DNA from: an uncultured Fibrobacterota bacterium
GTDB lineage: Bacteria; Fibrobacterota; Chitinivibrionia; Chitinivibrionales; FEN-1185
Direction of reading: 5' to 3'
Assembly (NCBI GenBank): GCA_963729895.1
Contig: CAVSQB010000039.1
Coordinates: 1-31,964, forward strand
Length of the DNA: 31,964 nucleotides
The position numbers and the translations under genes were made by a program. The number at the start of each line of letters is the position of its first letter. Positions within the stretch are counted from its first letter, which is position 1. Below the pieces are notes generated by a model. That model saw only the letters and a program-made list of their open reading frames with translations, was not told the origin of the DNA and searched no databases. Of this stretch, positions 6,703-14,888 are shown in pieces.

Positions 6703-9234
6703 ATGCCAACATCGCCTCAAAACTCTTATGCCGGCTGGTTCGACCGCACCTATCCCTACCTCACCGGCCATGGGCTGTGGCTGCGCGGCAACGAGATCAA
6801 CACGCTGCCCGCGTCGGAATACCACCACCGGCCGTTCCGCGTGCTGATCGCCAGGCTGTCCACCTACTACGACACGGCGGAATCGTTCTCGCACAAGGTG
6901 CTGTACCAGATCGCACGAAAAGACGGCGCTCTATTTCCCGATTTCGCGTACTTGCCGCCCGTCAACGACGCTCCCCTTTTCGAGCGCGACGCCATCCCCT
7001 GGCTCCTTGGTACGGGCACCAAGCGAGGTCCCGGCGGTTTCGATCTTATCGCATTTTCAAACGCCATTGTCCAGGAATTGGTCAACGTGCCGGTGATGCT
7101 GGAGCGCAGCGGAATTCCACTGGCAAAAAGCGCCCGGCTTGAAGACCCGTCGGCGCCGCTTGTGGTTCTGGGCGGGTCCAATGCGCTGCACGCCTCGGTG
7201 TTCTTCGCGCCCGACCCGCCAATCGACGGAATTTTTGTCGGGGAATCCACTGCCTGCATTTCGCGCCTATTCCTGGCGTGCGCCGACGCAAAACGCAAAG
7301 GCCTTTCCAAACGGGAAACGCTCCGGGCGCTTGAGGAAGTCCCGGGATTCGTGCAGCCGGACAAACCGCGGCCGACGCGCCGGGTGTACGACGTCGCGCT
7401 TGACCTCAACGTTTTGCTTTCCAACGCGCCGGTGTCCAACCTGGAACACGCGTACGGCACCGGAAACCTGCAACTGTCGGAAGGATGCCCGTGCTTCTGC
7501 AGCTTTTGCAGCGAGAGCTTTTGCCGGAAGCCGTACCGAGAAGTTCCGGCGGACGAAATCGTGATACAGGCGGGCCTGATGAAGGCCGGCATGGGACTTG
7601 ACAAAGTTGAGCTGTACAGTTTCAACTTCAACATGCATTCCGGAATCCGCATCATTCTGGAGCAGCTGCGCCGCTTGTTTCCCGCAGTCGGCCTCAAGAG
7701 CCAGCGCTTTGACATGCTAGCCCGCGATCCGCTCATGACCGGCCTTCTTCGGGCCGCAGGGAAAACAAGCCTCACCTGCGGATTGGAAGGTATATCCCCC
7801 CGCCTGCGCAAGTATCTGCACAAAAGCCTTGCGGAAGAGGATGTTTGCGCGAGCATAGCAAACATTCTTTCGTCGCAGATGCGCGAGCTCAAGATCTTCC
7901 TGATTGTCACCGGGAAAGAAGAGGAGGCAGATTTTGCGGAATTCGACGCGTTCCTGCGTTTTATCGATGAGAAGGCGCAGGGCGAACGCCACGCTCCGCG
8001 CATCATCTTTTCCGCAACGCCGCTGGTCCGGTTCCCCTGGACCCCGCTCGAATTCGAAGACGGACCCCGGCCCGAAACGCTCAAGCCCATTATCGCATCG
8101 ATACGCACCGGTATTGAGCGCCGCGGGTTCGAATTCCGCTTGTCAAGCGACCTGAACGACTACCACCTGTCGCAAATCCTGGCCCGCGCGTCCCATCCGG
8201 CGCTGTACGGGGGCTTGCTTTCGGCAATCGGGGCCACCGGTTATGTCTATCGCCGCTTTGTGCCATCCGCGTTCGTCGACGCTTTCATCGAATCGTGCAA
8301 AGAATCGGGGCTCTCGCACGATTCGCTCCTTGCGGGCCCGTCACACAAAACCGCCGGCAGCCCGTGGCTGAACGTGGAAACCGGCGTCACCAGGGAATTT
8401 CTGGTCCGGCAGCACGAAAGCGCGAAGGCGATGATCGACAACGGCTATTGCCTGGGCGCGGTCGGCGTGGCAGGCGAGTGCAAGGGCTGCGGGGTGTGCG
8501 ACGAAGACGCACGACGCACGGTGTGCGCGCCCCGGCACGGAGCGGCGCACGCTTTACGCGCGTCCAAGGCCGGCATGCGTCGGACACAGGTATCCGCCGA
8601 AAAGGTTTCGTTTCTTGTTGACGTAGGCGATTCCTGCCGCGGCCTGCCGCGGCACGTGGTCTGCGTCGCGCTCGCGCGCGCGCTCATGACCGCTTGTCCG
8701 GAAAGCATATCTTTTTACCGGGGCTATGCGCGGTCGTTCTTATCGGATTTTGCCGCGCCGTGCTGGATAACCGGCAGCGACATCATAACGCTGGCGTGGG
8801 AACAGCCTGCCATTGACATGCTGGCACGCCTTGCCGGCAGCCCGAAGGGGCTTGCAGACATCAACCGGCTTCTGGGCACTCGAGCGGAGCTGGCGGGCAT
8901 GGGAGCGCACGAGCCGTCGAAATTCGAATTGTCGATCTCGTCGCCCTATCCGATTGCGTGCGGCGATTACTTTGTCAAGCGCGGCCTCACCCACGCCCTC
9001 CGGAAGACCGCGCCGGGAACGTACACCTGCGAGTTTACGAAACAGGCGCTCAAGAAGAACACCGTTCTCGCGTTCTGGTACCGGTTCGTTGACGAAGGAG
9101 GCGTCGAGTGCAGGGCGACGGTCACGCCGAAATTTGACGTTCCGGAATTCGTGCGGGAAGCGTTCACCTATGGCAACGACAATGACTGGGTGAGGACGAA
9201 AGTGCGGGCGACGTTTCCGGCAGGAGCGGATTAG
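6703..9234 (+). CDS. Radical SAM protein (TIGR03960-like) with C-terminal extension
   Basis: GCPCFCSFC (CxxxCxxC); FDLIAFS...ELVNVPVMLERSGIPL...R...PLVVLGG; GLEGISPRLR; Cys cluster CLG...CKGCGVC. Start taken as ATG 6703 (ORF track opens at TTG 6685). Confidence 0.85.
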   Translation: MPTSPQNSYAGWFDRTYPYLTGHGLWLRGNEINTLPASEYHHRPFRVLIARLSTYYDTAESFSHKVLYQIARKDGALFPDFAYLPPVNDAPLFERDAIPWLLGTGTKRGPGGFDLIAFSNAIVQELVNVPVMLERSGIPLAKSARLEDPSAPLVVLGGSNALHASVFFAPDPPIDGIFVGESTACISRLFLACADAKRKGLSKRETLRALEEVPGFVQPDKPRPTRRVYDVALDLNVLLSNAPVSNLEHAYGTGNLQLSEGCPCFCSFCSESFCRKPYREVPADEIVIQAGLMKAGMGLDKVELYSFNFNMHSGIRIILEQLRRLFPAVGLKSQRFDMLARDPLMTGLLRAAGKTSLTCGLEGISPRLRKYLHKSLAEEDVCASIANILSSQMRELKIFLIVTGKEEEADFAEFDAFLRFIDEKAQGERHAPRIIFSATPLVRFPWTPLEFEDGPRPETLKPIIASIRTGIERRGFEFRLSSDLNDYHLSQILARASHPALYGGLLSAIGATGYVYRRFVPSAFVDAFIESCKESGLSHDSLLAGPSHKTAGSPWLNVETGVTREFLVRQHESAKAMIDNGYCLGAVGVAGECKGCGVCDEDARRTVCAPRHGAAHALRASKAGMRRTQVSAEKVSFLVDVGDSCRGLPRHVVCVALARALMTACPESISFYRGYARSFLSDFAAPCWITGSDIITLAWEQPAIDMLARLAGSPKGLADINRLLGTRAELAGMGAHEPSKFELSISSPYPIACGDYFVKRGLTHALRKTAPGTYTCEFTKQALKKNTVLAFWYRFVDEGGVECRATVTPKFDVPEFVREAFTYGNDNDWVRTKVRATFPAGAD

Positions 9235-9270
9235 CGGGCTGTTGACAAAGCGAGTTCGCCTTTGCCTATG

Positions 9271-9810
9271 TCAGCAATTCTTGTTTCTGAGTTCTTCAAC
9301 AACCAGTTTGTACTTGTGGTGGATCATTAGTCTGTCGAATTCCCAGAATTCCTCAAGCATTCCTTGAAGTTCTGCCTCGGTAAAATATTTTTCCACATTT
9401 GGAAAGAAAACAGCATCTTCTTTCCGTATGTGCTTGGGATAAAACTCCACCAGCACATTAAACTGTTCAAGAATCGCGTTTATAGTATCTTCGCCTTTTA
9501 AGTACTTATTCTTCGCCTCAACGATATTCGCCACCGTTTTCCTTCCGAATTTGTGTTCCTCAATCAATTCATTCATGATAGTTGCATCTTCCGGAGACAT
9601 GTCTTTTTTAACGCATGCCCGAAAAAGTATGTCTTCTTCTTTTCCATGGTGAGTCCTGTCGGCATACATGCGAATAAAATCAACAGCCGTATCAACAAAG
9701 ACGGGATCCACCGTGCCGGCTTTATTGATTTCGGGTATCTTTCGTTTGATTATTTCAATCATTTTCTCAATAAGCCGGTGTTCGATCATCAACGGGCCGC
9801 GCGGTTTCAT
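9271..9810 (-). CDS. Hemerythrin-like (HHE cation-binding) domain protein
   Basis: LMIEHRLI, YADRTHHGKEEDILF, LIEEH, HIRKEDAVFFP di-iron ligand pattern. Confidence 0.9.
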   Translation of the reverse strand: MKPRGPLMIEHRLIEKMIEIIKRKIPEINKAGTVDPVFVDTAVDFIRMYADRTHHGKEEDILFRACVKKDMSPEDATIMNELIEEHKFGRKTVANIVEAKNKYLKGEDTINAILEQFNVLVEFYPKHIRKEDAVFFPNVEKYFTEAELQGMLEEFWEFDRLMIHHKYKLVVEELRNKNC

Positions 9811-9887
9811 GACTACCCCTTCCTTGAGTGTTTTATGTACCGCTTCGGGATTCCAGGGGCAGCGGCCTCGCCCTGTTTTTCCAGTCT

Positions 9888-10277
9888 TTACACATGTATC
9901 TTGAATCCGAGATCAATTTCATTCGCGGGAAGTCCGCCTCTTATTCCCCAGTTTTCCAGCGGTTGTTCGACCAGTAGAATAACGGCGTCGTTTCGATGTA
10001 TTCCTATGGCTTCGAGATTTGTCACAATTTCTTCAAACAATTTCTTTTTTGTTTCCTTTTTTCTTCCGGGATAAACAAACACTTCCATCAAAATATATTT
10101 GCCGGTTTTTCCATCGGGTATTTTCCAATTATTCCTGCTGTATTCATTGATCTTCTGGTTATAGTCCCATTCCGGAATCCGAAACGCGCTCACGAGGGCA
10201 GAATGAATTGCCGCGTGTATTTTGTTTTTGAATTCAACTGAATTTCCTTCCAACATCGAGATGGTCACAAGCGGCAT
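9888..10277 (-). CDS. Tautomerase-family protein (4-OT superfamily, double beta-alpha-beta)
   Basis: N-terminal Pro after Met (MPLVTI), GRKKETKKKLFEEIVTNL, VEQPLENWGIRGG. Confidence 0.88.
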   Translation of the reverse strand: MPLVTISMLEGNSVEFKNKIHAAIHSALVSAFRIPEWDYNQKINEYSRNNWKIPDGKTGKYILMEVFVYPGRKKETKKKLFEEIVTNLEAIGIHRNDAVILLVEQPLENWGIRGGLPANEIDLGFKIHV

Positions 10278-10342
10278 AATCGTTCCTTCGGTTGTTCCAT
10301 TATCTGCCCTCTTTCAACTGTATTGACGTAGTATTTGCCTGT

Positions 10343-10597
10343 CAATGCATGCGAAGGGGTTTGCTCATCAACGTGCAAACTGGGATTCCTTCCTTTGCCT
10401 TCACAACTGCACCTCGCGGGTGCCCCACAACACAAGGTTGGATTCTCGCCAAAACTCCCACTTTGGGGTCACCCGGCTCAGCCATCCAACAGCACTTGAA
10501 TTGCATCTATATATCTCGTGGTGCACCCCAGCCGAAGATTGGATTCTCGCAAATAAACTCACGTGTGGGTCACCCGGCACACCTATCCAGCAGCATT
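10343..10597. repeat. Dispersed palindromic repeat, copy B plus a tandem diverged core (period 101 nt)
   Basis: Core 10418-10474 is repeated at about 10520-10575 (shared TTGGATTCTCGC and GGGTCACCCGGC). Confidence 0.85.
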
Positions 10598-10640
10598 TCT
10601 GGAGAAACCGGCAGGAATGACAGGCGGGACAACGGGGCCG

Positions 10641-11456
10641 CTACTCCGCGCCGTCCCCGTCTGTATCGGCGTCGTCGCGCATACGCAGAAGCCCCCGCAT
10701 GGAGCTCTTCACAAACGCTATGATCGTTTCGACGTCGGGGTCGCCGGTGAACTCCGCGGCGAGCCGCGCGCACGCCTCCGACGCGGTAAGGCCGGAGCGA
10801 AACAGGATCTTGTATGCCCGTTTGACGGTGCGACGCCGCGCTTCGCCGAACCCTGTCCGCGCAAGGCCGACACGGTTGATGCCTACCACGCGCATCGGAT
10901 CGGGCGCGGTGATGGCGAACGGAACCACGTCTTTCACAATAAGGGAATACGCGGCAAGGTGGCAGTAATCGCCAATCTTGCGGAACTGGGTGACGGCGCA
11001 CGTGCCGCCGATATTGACGTGATGCCCGATCTCCACATGCCCGGCAAGATTGAGCGTGTTCGCCGCGACAAGAAAATCCCCGATGCGGCAATCGTGCGCG
11101 ACGTGGCAGTAGGCCATGAGAAGGCAGTTGGCGCCCACAACCGTTTCGCCCGTGGCTTTTGTGCCGCGGTTGAGCGTGCAGAATTCCCTGATGGTGCAAT
11201 TGTCGCCGATGCGGAGAAGGGTAGTTTCGCCGCCGAACTTGAGGTCCTGCGGCTTGTCGCCGAGGCTCGCGCCCTTGAATACCCTGCACCCCGCGCCGAG
11301 CCGCGTTCCGCTGAAAATAGTCACGTGCGACCCGATTTCGCACCGGTCGCCGATGGTCGCGTCGTTCTCAACAACGCTGTAGGGACCGATGGCCACATCG
11401 GCGCCCAGCAATGCTCCCTTGTCGACAATCGCCGTCGGATGGATGACCGTTCCCAC
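10641..11456 (-). CDS. lpxA: Acyl-ACP--UDP-N-acetylglucosamine O-acyltransferase
   Basis: IHPTAIV hexapeptide repeats, PQDLKF, IREFCTLNRGT, MAYCHVAHDC, LAGHV, GINRVGL. Confidence 0.97.
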   Translation of the reverse strand: MGTVIHPTAIVDKGALLGADVAIGPYSVVENDATIGDRCEIGSHVTIFSGTRLGAGCRVFKGASLGDKPQDLKFGGETTLLRIGDNCTIREFCTLNRGTKATGETVVGANCLLMAYCHVAHDCRIGDFLVAANTLNLAGHVEIGHHVNIGGTCAVTQFRKIGDYCHLAAYSLIVKDVVPFAITAPDPMRVVGINRVGLARTGFGEARRRTVKRAYKILFRSGLTASEACARLAAEFTGDPDVETIIAFVKSSMRGLLRMRDDADTDGDGAE

Positions 11457-12841
11457 TAGAGATCATCTCCCTTTTTGCCGACCATGGCAAGAAGCTCGGC
11501 TTCGCACACCACCTTGTTGTTTACGTAGCACTTGCCGGCGAACCGCATCGTGCTGCGCCGGTCCTGCAGGGTCTCCACTTCGATTTGCAGCACGTCGCCG
11601 GGCCGCACCCATCCCCGGAACCGAGCTTTGTCGATGCCGAGGAACGCGATGGCGTTTCCCTTGTCGTACTTTTTGCCGTACAGCCCGATGATCCCGCACG
11701 CCTGGGCCATAGCCTCGATCTGCAGCACGCCCGGCATGACCGGCTCGCCAGGGAAATGCCCCTGGAAGAACGGCTCGTTGACCGTGACGTTCTTGATCGC
11801 CACGATCTTCTTTCTCGGGTCCAGTTCCAGCACCCGGTCTACGAGAAGGAACGGGTAGCGGTGCGGAAGAATCTGGAGGATTTCCTCAAAACTCACCGGC
11901 GGCGGTTCACCCTCTTCCCTCTTCTTTTTCTTCTTCCTCAGATGTTCACGGATCCTCTGTGCCATTTCGATGTTGGCCGCATGACCGGTGCGCGCCGCCT
12001 GGATATGGCAGAGCAGGGGTTTGCCGAGCAGGTAGAAATCGCCCAGCATGTCCACCATTTTGTGGCGGGCAAGTTCGTTGGGAAACCTGAGCTTCGTGTC
12101 GTTGACAAATCCATTACTGCCTTTTTCGACGGGGCCTTTCCAGTCGAACAATTTCCGGATATACCCGATGTGGTCCGCGGTAAGATCCACGTCCTGCACA
12201 ACCACCGCGTTGTCGAGCCGTCCGCCTTTGATGAGCCCGGCCTCGCGCAGTTTTTCTATTTCCGACAGGAAGCAGAAGGTGCGCGACGGGGCGAAGTCGG
12301 TCACGTAGTCCCTGAGCGAGAAGAGCGTGGTGTGCTGGGCGCCGAGCGCGGGGTGATTGTAATCGATCATGATGGTGGCGCGAAACGTGTTGGAGGGCAG
12401 GATGCCGAAGGTGATATTGTCCTTCATTTCCACCAGCATGAAATCGTCTATGGTGAGGTAGTCCCGCTGCGCGGCCTGCTCCACCATGCCGGCCTTCTGC
12501 AGAAGCTCGACAAACGGGAGCGCGCTGCCGTCCATGAGCGGCACTTCCTGCGCATCCATCTCCACCCTGCAGTTGTCGATTTCGAGCCCGGCGCAAGCGC
12601 TCATGAGGTGCTCCACCGAGTGAATCTTGATGCCGTTTTTTCCTATTGCCGTGCCGCGTGCAAGATCAACCACATTGTCGATGTCGGCCTCTATCTCGGG
12701 CGAGCCCTTGACATCGGTGCGGACAAACCGGATGCCGTAATTCTCGGGTGCCGGATGAAGCGTCACCCTTGTGGTATCGCCGGTGTGCAGGCCGGTGCCG
12801 GACAGAGAAACCGCCTTCTGGATGGTATGTTGGAGAGGCAT
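11456..12841 (-). CDS. lpxC/fabZ: Bifunctional UDP-3-O-acyl-GlcNAc deacetylase / 3-hydroxyacyl-ACP dehydratase (LpxC-FabZ fusion)
   Basis: LpxC motifs GTGLHTG, VEHLMSA, PLMDGSA, HKMVDMLGD, GH; FabZ motifs LPHRYPFLLVD and FFQGHFPGEPVMPGVLQIEAMAQ. Confidence 0.97.
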   Translation of the reverse strand: MPLQHTIQKAVSLSGTGLHTGDTTRVTLHPAPENYGIRFVRTDVKGSPEIEADIDNVVDLARGTAIGKNGIKIHSVEHLMSACAGLEIDNCRVEMDAQEVPLMDGSALPFVELLQKAGMVEQAAQRDYLTIDDFMLVEMKDNITFGILPSNTFRATIMIDYNHPALGAQHTTLFSLRDYVTDFAPSRTFCFLSEIEKLREAGLIKGGRLDNAVVVQDVDLTADHIGYIRKLFDWKGPVEKGSNGFVNDTKLRFPNELARHKMVDMLGDFYLLGKPLLCHIQAARTGHAANIEMAQRIREHLRKKKKKREEGEPPPVSFEEILQILPHRYPFLLVDRVLELDPRKKIVAIKNVTVNEPFFQGHFPGEPVMPGVLQIEAMAQACGIIGLYGKKYDKGNAIAFLGIDKARFRGWVRPGDVLQIEVETLQDRRSTMRFAGKCYVNNKVVCEAELLAMVGKKGDDL

Positions 12842-12904
12842 TGGATAGTGTCCTTTTAAATGGTCAACTCATTGTGTGATAAGAACCGACATTTGCCTTT
12901 TCGT

Positions 12905-12999
12905 TCGCCTCACCCTATCACCCCGGCCTTTCGGCCACCCCTCTTCCCCTCTCCACGAGTGGAGAGGGGAAGAGGGGTGGGGGAGATGAGGTGAGGCGA
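12905..12999. repeat. Nested palindrome (REP-like) between lpxD and lpxC
   Basis: Perfect 22-bp inverted repeat 12935-12956/12959-12980 inside an outer 10-bp inverted repeat 12905-12914/12990-12999. Confidence 0.8.
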
Positions 13000-13106
13000 T
13001 AGGATTGCAGAAGAAATGAACTCAAATCTCAATGAACTATCAATTGCAAGAAAAATAATCATTCTGCGAAATGCGTACCGGTCCCTCTAGGAAACCAGGG
13101 AACGCT

Positions 13107-14144
13107 TTATTTCTTCTTGTCAAGTGCCGCCTTCAGCTCGTTGAGCTCCTGCCGCAGCCGTTTTAGTTCCTTGAGCGCCTCGGGAAGCTGCATTTGTGCG
13201 GCTTCGGCCCTGCGCAGGGTCATGAAGTCGCGCGTGGGCGAGCCGGAGATCCTTGCGCCTTTTTCTATGTCTTTGCCGACGCCAGATTGGGCATTGACAA
13301 ATACGTCGTCGCCGATTTCGAGATGGCCCGCAAACCCGGCCTGCCCGCCCACCACCACCCGCTTGCCAAGGTTCGTGCTGCCCGAAATGCCGGTTTGCGC
13401 CGCAATCGCGCAGTTGTCGCCGATCTTCACGTTGTGCGCAACATGGACAAGATTGTCGAGCTTCACGCCTTTTCCGACAACCGTCGCCACGAACGTTCCG
13501 CGGTCAATGGTGGTGCATGCCCCGATTTCGGCGTCGTCTTCGACGATAACCGTGCCGAAAGAGGGAATGCGTATCCACCGTTCTCCTTCCCGTGCATTGC
13601 CGAACCCTTCGCTTCCGACGACCGCGCCCGACTGGATGATCACCCGGTTGCCGATGGTGCAGCGCCGGCGGACGATGGCGCCGGAGTCGATGCGGCAGTC
13701 CTCGCCCACCGTGGCGCCATTCTCGATGACGCACTGCGCGCCGATCACCGTTCCCCTGCCCACCGTGCACTCTGCGCCGACCACGGAGCACGGCCCGACA
13801 TACGCGGCGGGATGGACCGATGCCGAGGGATGGATCCAGGCGGTGGGATGCGCCGGGCCGTCAAACAGCGGAAGCCTGTTTTCAAACTGCTGCGCAATCT
13901 TTGCAAATGCGACATAGGGGTCGTCCACTTCGAGGCATATCTTCCCCGCCGCCGGTTTTCCCTTCTCGACGATAACCGCGCGCACCCCGGATTGTTCGAC
14001 GCGTGACAAGTAAGCAGGGTCCGACACGAAGGTAAGCGTATGCTCGTCGGCTTCCCCCGGGTCTGCAAGACCGCGGATTTCGATGTCTCCGAACGCCGGG
14101 TCGAGGCGGCATTCCAGTTCACGGGCGATGCGGGAGAGCTTCAC
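13107..14144 (-). CDS. lpxD: UDP-3-O-(3-hydroxymyristoyl)glucosamine N-acyltransferase
   Basis: [46 protein letters not shown]. Confidence 0.97.
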   Translation of the reverse strand: MKLSRIARELECRLDPAFGDIEIRGLADPGEADEHTLTFVSDPAYLSRVEQSGVRAVIVEKGKPAAGKICLEVDDPYVAFAKIAQQFENRLPLFDGPAHPTAWIHPSASVHPAAYVGPCSVVGAECTVGRGTVIGAQCVIENGATVGEDCRIDSGAIVRRRCTIGNRVIIQSGAVVGSEGFGNAREGERWIRIPSFGTVIVEDDAEIGACTTIDRGTFVATVVGKGVKLDNLVHVAHNVKIGDNCAIAAQTGISGSTNLGKRVVVGGQAGFAGHLEIGDDVFVNAQSGVGKDIEKGARISGSPTRDFMTLRRAEAAQMQLPEALKELKRLRQELNELKAALDKKK

Positions 14145-14150
14145 GAGGTC

Positions 14151-14675
14151 TTATTCCTTGTTGAGAATGTTAAGCACCCGCTCGGTAAGGTCGAAGGTCT
14201 TTTTGGCGAATATGACGCCTCCCGCGCGCGCGTCAAAAATGTAGTCGTAGCTTTCGTCTTTCGCAATCTTGTCGATAATCTTCTGGATCTTTTCGATGAT
14301 CGGTTTGGTAAGCTCCTCATTTTTACTGAGCGCCTCGCCCTTCTGCCCGAACTTGGTTTGCAGGAAATCCTGGTATTCCTGCATCTTCTGCTTGAGTTTC
14401 CCCTCGATTTCGGTCCTGCGCTCCGCGCTGAGGAGCAGGCTCTGCTTGTCGAGCTGGTCCTTGAGGTCCTTGATTTCCTTCTGGCGGGTGGAAGCGTCCT
14501 GTTCCCATTTAGCAACTTCTTTGTCGAATTTATCCTGCGCCTCCTTGGTACCCGCGTAATTGCGGAAGATCTCCTCGGAATTGATGTACCCGATTTTCAT
14601 CATCTGGGCGTTGCTCAGAAAAACGAGCCCGCACCCGCACACTAGCACGCCGACCATTCTCAACAGAGAACTCAT
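14151..14675 (-). CDS. skp: Periplasmic chaperone Skp/OmpH
   Basis: Signal peptide, KIGYINSEEIF, long coiled coil, YDYIFD...DLTERVL; lies between bamA and lpxD. Confidence 0.92.
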   Translation of the reverse strand: MSSLLRMVGVLVCGCGLVFLSNAQMMKIGYINSEEIFRNYAGTKEAQDKFDKEVAKWEQDASTRQKEIKDLKDQLDKQSLLLSAERRTEIEGKLKQKMQEYQDFLQTKFGQKGEALSKNEELTKPIIEKIQKIIDKIAKDESYDYIFDARAGGVIFAKKTFDLTERVLNILNKE

Positions 14676-14888
14676 ACCAACCTCCGGATTTATAGGTAAA
14701 TAGGTTTGTGCCGATATGTCCTGAAGAAAGTTCTAAGGACCGGATTTCTTTTCGCCATTCTTTGTTTACCCCTGCATCCCCCCCGGAGGGGGACTTATTG
14801 GAAAAGGCGTTCATTTGATGGATTCAACACCTCACAAGTCCCGCTTGCGGGATCTGCGAGAGGGCGCCGCGAATGATGATCCTCTTTG

